Below, in pieces: positions 53,346 to 59,388 of a stretch of 59,388 bases of DNA. The notes under the pieces were generated by a model. The model was not told where the DNA came from. It ran no database searches and saw only the letters and a list, made by a program, of their open reading frames with translations. The position numbers and the translations under genes were made by a program. This DNA comes from a virus. Lineage: Duplodnaviria; Caudoviricetes. Position 1 is the first letter of the stretch. Each line of letters opens with the position of its first letter. The stretch lies in IMG/VR virus record IMGVR_UViG_3300037245_003140, positions 1 through 59,388 of that record, one strand, 5' to 3'.

Positions 53346-53642
53346 TTATCCTCCTTCTTAACATAAGCTCTTTTAGGTTTATCATCATTAGTCAGCCCTT
53401 ATAACAGAACCGAATACATTATTTAGAACCTCTTTAATCTCACCAAGAATATGATTCTAACTTATTCCACCATTTATAAATCTTAATAGGTAGATAACAC
53501 CAAAATAGTAAAAGCAACATACTGTTGCAACATAGGATAATTTGGAGTATCTCGGATTTTTCATTGACTATATATGTCAATGAAACCCAATAGCCGAATC
53601 CGATTGAATTAATACAATATAATAAATATAAAAACCATTTAA

Positions 53643-54281
53643 TCATTTTCCCTCCAGTTTCACAGACCCAAATATATTATTTAAATCTTCTTTAATATCT
53701 CCGTACTGTTTCCCGGTTTTAATTAAAGATTTCATCATGCTTTCGATGTTCTCAACCCGTAAAAGATCATCTTTATTTAAGTTATCGCGGAACACTTCAC
53801 CTTTTGGTGGCTTAACATATTTAATCCCTGCAAGCTTATAAGCAAGTTTTGTATACGTTGAAAAACCGTGGCCTTTCATTCTGTCATTTTCACCAGAGTC
53901 TTTAATCTCATCAGTCAAAACTTTTCTGGTTTCCACTCCGACCTGTCTGACAAAAGATTGATCCTTTAATCTCTTTTCCATGGAATTAAAAGCATGAATA
54001 AATTTAACTTTGAACTGAATGGCTTTTGATCCAGTGAAAGACATTGCTAAAAGAGAGAAACCGTCTCTTGTCATTAAATAGTTTCTATATTCTCTATTTC
54101 TGTTGTTCGTAAATGTTGATTTTACAAAGTAATCTTTCACGGCCGCATTTTCGGCCGTGAGTTCCTGAACTATCCTATCAATTGATTCAAGAACATGTTT
54201 ATGCTCTTTCTTGAATTTTGGACCGACTATTTGACTTTCAGTAAATGCCGTACCGTCTAAAGATTTTACAATTTCATTCAT
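53643..54281 (-). CDS. rha: Rha-family phage regulatory protein
   Basis: F.KEHKHVL..I...Y.MTRDGFSLLAMSFTG.KA..FK..FI.AFN.ME. Confidence 0.92.
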   Translation of the reverse strand: MNEIVKSLDGTAFTESQIVGPKFKKEHKHVLESIDRIVQELTAENAAVKDYFVKSTFTNNRNREYRNYLMTRDGFSLLAMSFTGSKAIQFKVKFIHAFNSMEKRLKDQSFVRQVGVETRKVLTDEIKDSGENDRMKGHGFSTYTKLAYKLAGIKYVKPPKGEVFRDNLNKDDLLRVENIESMMKSLIKTGKQYGDIKEDLNNIFGSVKLEGK

Positions 54282-54292
54282 AGAGGCCTCTT

Positions 54293-54988
54293 CTAATAAG
54301 ATTCTTCTTTAAGGGTTAGTTCACATTCATCAGGATCAAAACCTTCGATTCCTGTAATTATTGTACCAGCCGCATAAAGCTTGAAAACATATGCTTCGTG
54401 CTCACTAAAACATGTAGGGTTAAAAGAATGGCTGTGATTGATTCTTAACTCGCCTTTGTTTATGTATAATTGAAGATCTGCTGAATTAGATCGTGAAGAA
54501 TAACCAGAACTTTCTTTTTGTTTCCACATATTAAGAGAAATTCCACCATAGTCGTTAGTTTCAATTTCAACGGTGGCATAATCGTCAAGATCGTCAGCAT
54601 CCCAAGGTTCATCTGTTTTCCAGAATTTAGCTATTGTTTCTACAAAATCCTCAATTTTAATCTCTTTTGGCGCTGGATCAAGGATTTTTTCAACTTCTTC
54701 CATGAATTTTTCAGCTGCTAACCCTTTGAACATGTTCCCTAATCTTTCTTTTATAAGGACCATCATTTGTTTATTATAACTTTCAAAAGGAATAACAGAA
54801 GTATTGACTTTTAATCCTCCATCAATAGATTTTTTTATTTGCTCTGTTATGTTACCATAAGACTCGAATTGGCTCTTTATAGCTGATCCAATTGCCTTTT
54901 CAACGCCTTTATTGATAGATTCTTCAATTGATCCATCGCTAACCATAGTTGCTACTCTTGCGTTTACTATTTCTTCAATACTTTTCAA
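54293..54988 (-). CDS. Hypothetical protein, first gene of the leftward cassette
   Basis: 231-aa ORF with GAGGAG RBS. Confidence 0.7.
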   Translation of the reverse strand: MKSIEEIVNARVATMVSDGSIEESINKGVEKAIGSAIKSQFESYGNITEQIKKSIDGGLKVNTSVIPFESYNKQMMVLIKERLGNMFKGLAAEKFMEEVEKILDPAPKEIKIEDFVETIAKFWKTDEPWDADDLDDYATVEIETNDYGGISLNMWKQKESSGYSSRSNSADLQLYINKGELRINHSHSFNPTCFSEHEAYVFKLYAAGTIITGIEGFDPDECELTLKEESY

Positions 54989-55160
54989 TTTGATTACTCC
55001 TCGGTTTTAAGTTTAGGTTAATACAATTATTAATATACAAACTGTATAATGTCAACTATTATCTTCAATATAAAAAGTATTGACATCAAATGAACATTAG
55101 GTATACAAATAATCTAATCATTGAGAACGATAACTTTATTATTAGGAAATATCATAATTA

Positions 55161-56603
55161 ATGTGGCCCTTCAAAAAAAAAGAATCCCCTGAAGAAATTC
55201 CAGATACAGAGCAAGAGTCCAACGATAAAGATCGAGGCTTCGAAGAACTCGGTGTCGCCGGCGTCAAAATGTCAGGCGGCTACGTATACGAAGAGTTCCT
55301 GGTTAAGCTTCAAGGTTCAAAAGGGCGAAAAGTTTACCGTGAAATGCGGGATAATGACGCTACTATTTCCGCAATTATGCACGCAATTGAGATGACTATC
55401 CGTGGTGTTGAATGGAATGTTATTCCTTCAATAATCCCCGCAGATAAAAACGCACCCATGACCGATGACGAACAAAAGGCCCAGGATGCTGCCGATTTTC
55501 TTGAAAGTGTCATGTTCGATGATATGTCTCATACCTTTGACGATTTTATAGCCGAAGTACTGTCGATGCTTACATTCGGATGGGAATACACAGAAATTGT
55601 TTGGAAAAGAAGATTAGGCCCAAATCAGTTAGATCCTTCTAAGCGATCTGCTTACGATGATGGATATATAGGAGTGAGAAAGCTCGCAAACAGAGCGCAG
55701 GAAACTCTTGATAAATGGCAGATGGACGAAAACGGTGGAATTGACGGTCTTTGGCAATATCCCCCAATGTCAGGTGGTTCGAGATATATACCTATTGAAA
55801 AAGCTCTGTTATTCAGAACCACAATGCTTAAAAATAATCCTGAAGGTAAATCAGCATTACGGGGATCATATGTGGCGTGGTGGTACCTGAAAAGAATTCA
55901 AGAAGAGGAAGCTACCGGGGTAGAAAGAAACCTAAATGGCTTTCCTGTTATAATAGCTCCTAAAGATGTGCTTGACGCTCAAACGCCATTAAACAAGCGA
56001 AAAAGACAAGCCTATATTGAGATGGTCAGAGATATGAAAAACAATTCTCAAGGGGGGGCTGTTATTGAGTCTGATCCTTGGGTAATCGATGGCAAGGCAA
56101 CCAACATGCCAAGGGTGGATATTAAGCTACTATCAACTGATGGTGGATCAACTATAGATACCGGAGCAATAATATTAAGATATCAGCACGACATAGCCCG
56201 AACACTTGCACAGGATGTTATGATGCTTGGTTCTGGTTCTGGTGGTTCGTGGGCACTAAGCAAAGATAAATCAGCTCTTTCTATTAGATCGATTGAGGGA
56301 TGGTTAGAATCAATAGCAGCAACTTTAAATCGGTTTTTAGTTGTAAGGCTATGGAGAATTAACGGATTTGAGCAAAAATATATGCCTTATTTGAAACCTG
56401 ACCAGATCGCAGACGAAGATTTGGAAGCATTAGGTAATTTTGTGTCATCTCTTGCCAAAGGAGGGATTATGCTTAACGACCCTGAAACAGAAGACGAGTT
56501 AAGGGCGGCGGCTAATCTTCCACCTAAACCGGACGATATGGAAGACAATATAAGTGGTGATGATATGATTGACGAAAAACTAACTCAAAATAGTGAGGTA
56601 TAA
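55161..56603 (+). CDS. Portal protein (DUF935/Mu gp29-like)
   Basis: Y.EMRDND.TI, ML.FGW...EIV, NPEG.S.LR..Y..W, GS.AL motifs; 480 aa. Confidence 0.9.
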   Translation: MWPFKKKESPEEIPDTEQESNDKDRGFEELGVAGVKMSGGYVYEEFLVKLQGSKGRKVYREMRDNDATISAIMHAIEMTIRGVEWNVIPSIIPADKNAPMTDDEQKAQDAADFLESVMFDDMSHTFDDFIAEVLSMLTFGWEYTEIVWKRRLGPNQLDPSKRSAYDDGYIGVRKLANRAQETLDKWQMDENGGIDGLWQYPPMSGGSRYIPIEKALLFRTTMLKNNPEGKSALRGSYVAWWYLKRIQEEEATGVERNLNGFPVIIAPKDVLDAQTPLNKRKRQAYIEMVRDMKNNSQGGAVIESDPWVIDGKATNMPRVDIKLLSTDGGSTIDTGAIILRYQHDIARTLAQDVMMLGSGSGGSWALSKDKSALSIRSIEGWLESIAATLNRFLVVRLWRINGFEQKYMPYLKPDQIADEDLEALGNFVSSLAKGGIMLNDPETEDELRAAANLPPKPDDMEDNISGDDMIDEKLTQNSEV

Positions 56604-56614
56604 AAGTATATTTC

Positions 56615-56758
56615 ATGAAGGAAAAAGAGTTAAAAAAATATGTGCCACCAAAATATACAATAGAAAAACAAATGTTATTTATGTATGATTTTATGAAAAC
56701 AGATAAGGCCAATAAAATGGCGTGTCGTCAATGTTCATCGTGCCACGGATGTAGGTAG
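56615..56758 (+). CDS. 47-aa peptide ending CRQCSSCHGCR (not in the ORF track)
   Basis: Open frame fills the gap between the portal gene and 56772; terminal CxxCxxCxxC. Confidence 0.6.
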   Translation: MKEKELKKYVPPKYTIEKQMLFMYDFMKTDKANKMACRQCSSCHGCR

Positions 56759-56771
56759 AGGACGGTATAAA

Positions 56772-57104
56772 ATGAAGTTTAAAAATTACTTTATAGATGA
56801 AGATGGTAACATATGGAAAGAGAAAACACTTATTGAAGCCTCAAAAGATTTGGTAATATTCTCCTTTGATCTCGGCAATATTTCTCTTGATGAACAGATA
56901 TTGTGGCAAACAAATAATGTTCGAGATTATACTCTGCATTATAAGAGATTAGCAGAGTGCAATCTCAAAGAGCCTATTATCTTAAGGTCTGATGGATATC
57001 CCATGGATGGATGGCATAGAATTATAAAGGCAATCAGTAAAGGAGTGAAAACCTTACCTGCAAGAAGATTTAAAATTGACCCTAAACCGGATATTAAGGA
57101 ATAA
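56772..57104 (+). CDS. Small ParB/Srx-like protein
   Basis: PIIL..DG..MDGWHRI.KA...G motif. Confidence 0.7.
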   Translation: MKFKNYFIDEDGNIWKEKTLIEASKDLVIFSFDLGNISLDEQILWQTNNVRDYTLHYKRLAECNLKEPIILRSDGYPMDGWHRIIKAISKGVKTLPARRFKIDPKPDIKE

Positions 57105-57106
57105 AA

Positions 57107-58153
57107 TTGGCTGACCAAGCATTTATAATAGCAGAATCATTTGAACCTAAAATAGGACTGGCTATGCTCGAAGCTTTTGCCGCTATGAAGGATTCTGTGA
57201 CATTAAACCAGCTTGAAACAGTCTTGAGAAATCAGGGTATCGGGGGAATGCAAAGACTCCTTGCTGATATGCAGATTGAGGGAATAATAGAAAGCAGCAT
57301 TACCGATGATCTTAACGAGGCTATTATGGAATCCGGTAGGGCAACATTTGCAGCAATACCAGACGGGCTGAAAACAGGTCAAGTATTCAGATATGATCTA
57401 ATTAACCCTACTACAGCTCAATATGTAAGAAACTATGAGTTAAGCCTTGTGCAGAAGATCAGTGCTAATACCAGGGAAGCTATAAGAAATAATATTGAAG
57501 CTTCCGTAATTTCCGGGCAAAATCCAAAAGTCACGGCTCGAAAATTCAGAGATACAATAGGACTAACACCGAATCAAGAACGAGCAGTACAGAACTATGA
57601 AAAAGCTTTGAGAGATATGGATAGTAGTTCTCTTAAAAGAGCATTGAGAGATAAGCGTTTTGATAGTACCGTTTTGAGATCCATAAAAAACAATCAGCCA
57701 TTGTCAGAAGACCAAATCGAAAGAATGGTCACAAGATATAGAGAGCGATATATTAAATATAGAGCCGAAACCATTGCAAGAACAGAATCATTAAGGGCGG
57801 TTTCTGTTGGTGATTATACATCAGCACTTCAGGCCGTGAATGAGGGAGCAGTTGAGCGTGAAAGATTAAAAAGATTTTGGGTTTATACCAGGGGTAAGAG
57901 GACCAGGCCACCGCACAGGCAAATTCCATCTATGAATCCATTAGGGGTTTATATTGATGAGCCTTTTCAAACTCCTTTAGGTCCGTTGATGTTTCCAAGG
58001 GACCCCAACGGGACGGCGGCTAACACAATTCGCTGACGTTGTGCCGTAAGGTATAGGCTTGTAGAGCCTGACACGCAAACAGTAAATGTACCAAGAACAA
58101 AAGTTGAGATTAGAAAAATGTCGTTGACACCTAAAATAAGGAAAGCAGCATGA
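57107..58153 (+). CDS. Head morphogenesis protein (SPP1 gp7/Mu gpF-like) with in-frame TGA at 58034-58036, candidate selenocysteine
   Basis: RAETIARTE, W......RTRPPH, and FPRDP...ANTIR*RC. Readthrough adds 39 codons to TGA 58151-58153, which overlaps the next ATG. Confidence 0.8.
58037..58080 (+). promoter_or_regulatory. Bacterial SECIS-like hairpin
   Basis: AGGCT-TGTAG-AGCCT (58055-58069), extendable by further imperfect pairing; loop begins at +24 after the TGA, with G then U at loop positions 2-3. Confidence 0.6.
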
Positions 58154-58333
58154 GTCATAAATGCCTTTTCAATACCGATTTAAAACAAAACGATTCTTCT
58201 GATATTCATATAGGAGTCTGGGGAAAGACCATATGTTTAAATGACGATTCCCGTGATGAAATTAATATTGACACCGAAAATATAGATGAATTTATAAAGA
58301 TCTTACAGGGTATAAAAAAGGAGATTCCAACCA

Positions 58334-58735
58334 ATGGGTAAAAAAAGCATATTCAAAGCCCAATGTTCAGTCGTAAAAGTAGACGAACCTCTTGGAATTG
58401 TGTTCGGTTGGGGAATGATTACAGATGTTGACGGAGAGCCATATTATGATCTTGACAACCTTCATATTGATTCAGAATTAATGATGAAGGGAACATCGGA
58501 GTTTATGGAAACAGAGAGAATAAGCAACGATTCCCACACAGAGAATGACATTGGAATTGTTATTCATAGTTTCCCATTAACACCAGAAACAGCATTAGCT
58601 ATGGGTGTATTTAGCAAGATTAACGGATGGATGGTTGGAGTAAAGCCAGACAAAGAGAACCTTGAGAAGTATGCATCTGGTGAATATAAAGGATTTTCAA
58701 TAGAGGGTGAAGGTATTGTGGAGGACGAAGAATAA
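58334..58735 (+). CDS. XkdF-like prohead serine protease
   Basis: VKVDE..GIVFGW...D.D...H...SFP...GWMVG...GEYKGFSIEG. Confidence 0.82.
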   Translation: MGKKSIFKAQCSVVKVDEPLGIVFGWGMITDVDGEPYYDLDNLHIDSELMMKGTSEFMETERISNDSHTENDIGIVIHSFPLTPETALAMGVFSKINGWMVGVKPDKENLEKYASGEYKGFSIEGEGIVEDEE

Positions 58736-59388
58736 TGAGAACAGATGGGAAAGACACTAAACAAAAAGCTCAAACCTTGACAATCGGGAAGCTCTCTTGT
58801 GTTGCAAATCCAGCGCACGAAGGCGCACTTGCAAAGCTCTTAAAATCCAAAGCTATAACCAAGGGTGATATTGAAAAGCAAACCTTCATGGATGCCTTAA
58901 GAGGGGAGCAGATTGAACAGATTACTTATGAGTTTATGGATCAGATCTGGGATCTCAATTATGCCTTGAAAACATCTATAGGCAACACCATAAAAGATGA
59001 AGAAATTGAAGATAAAAAACAGGCTATACAAAGTAATATTTCGGATTATGTAACTGCAGTAACCACAGTGGTTAATTCGGCTACATTTATTAAATCAGGA
59101 GGAGAAGCAGAGATGGGCGAAAAAGCACTACAAAAGCAGCTTGATGATTTACAGGCAAAGCTTGACCGGTCAGAAAGTATCAACAAGATGGATGGGCCTA
59201 CAAAAACCCATTTCGATTCTCTTGATACCGACAACCAGGATAGTTTTCTTGCTAAATCAGAAAGTGAAAGAGCGGGAATTATTTCCAAGGCGGCAGAGGA
59301 TGCAAAAGAAGCTGAAAAGCTTGCAAAGGCAAATGAGGAGACTTTCACGTCCAATAGTGGGCAAGTAATCATGAAGTCAGAGCATGGC
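58735..59388 (+). CDS. 5' part of putative scaffold protein (continues at window start)
   Basis: TAATG-coupled to the protease gene; MRTDGK...KLSCVANPAHEGA...; open to the end of the window. Confidence 0.75.
   Translation, partial: MRTDGKDTKQKAQTLTIGKLSCVANPAHEGALAKLLKSKAITKGDIEKQTFMDALRGEQIEQITYEFMDQIWDLNYALKTSIGNTIKDEEIEDKKQAIQSNISDYVTAVTTVVNSATFIKSGGEAEMGEKALQKQLDDLQAKLDRSESINKMDGPTKTHFDSLDTDNQDSFLAKSESERAGIISKAAEDAKEAEKLAKANEETFTSNSGQVIMKSEHG
59262..59388. repeat. Terminal direct repeat, right copy
   Basis: Identical to 1-127. Confidence 0.95.

Noticed and set aside
1-59388. Genome-wide TGA reassignment (genetic code 4 or 25)
   Set aside because: Many genes end in TGA overlapping the next ATG (e.g. 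4227, 10643, 29653, 43253), and long genes contain no internal TGA apart from the two noted sites.

Overview
The window is one complete, circularly assembled tailed-phage genome with siphovirus-type architecture. Bases 1-127 are repeated exactly at 59262-59388, giving a unit length of about 59,261 bp. Gene order: head, neck and tail module (55161 across the junction to about 17364); leftward accessory operon; Sak-type annealing protein plus YqaJ exonuclease; replication initiator with internal iterons plus DnaC-type loader; divergent accessory operons; amidase/holin pair; two DNA methyltransferases; terS and terL; a reverse-oriented Rha cassette; then the portal. I recognised no integrase, DNA polymerase, tRNA or CRISPR array. 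The most striking signal is possible site-specific UGA recoding. The head morphogenesis (SPP1 gp7/Mu gpF-like) gene has an in-frame TGA where the first Cys of the family's C-R-C motif is expected. It is followed by a bacterial SECIS-like hairpin and an open frame that ends in ATGA coupling with the next gene. A NinB-like gene has a second in-frame TGA followed by a hairpin, and both sites carry TGTAGA at +24..+29. This suggests phage selenoproteins that depend on host Sec machinery. Nonsense mutation remains the null hypothesis, because several accessory genes carry single-base lesions. All family assignments come from motif recognition and synteny, not from database searches.
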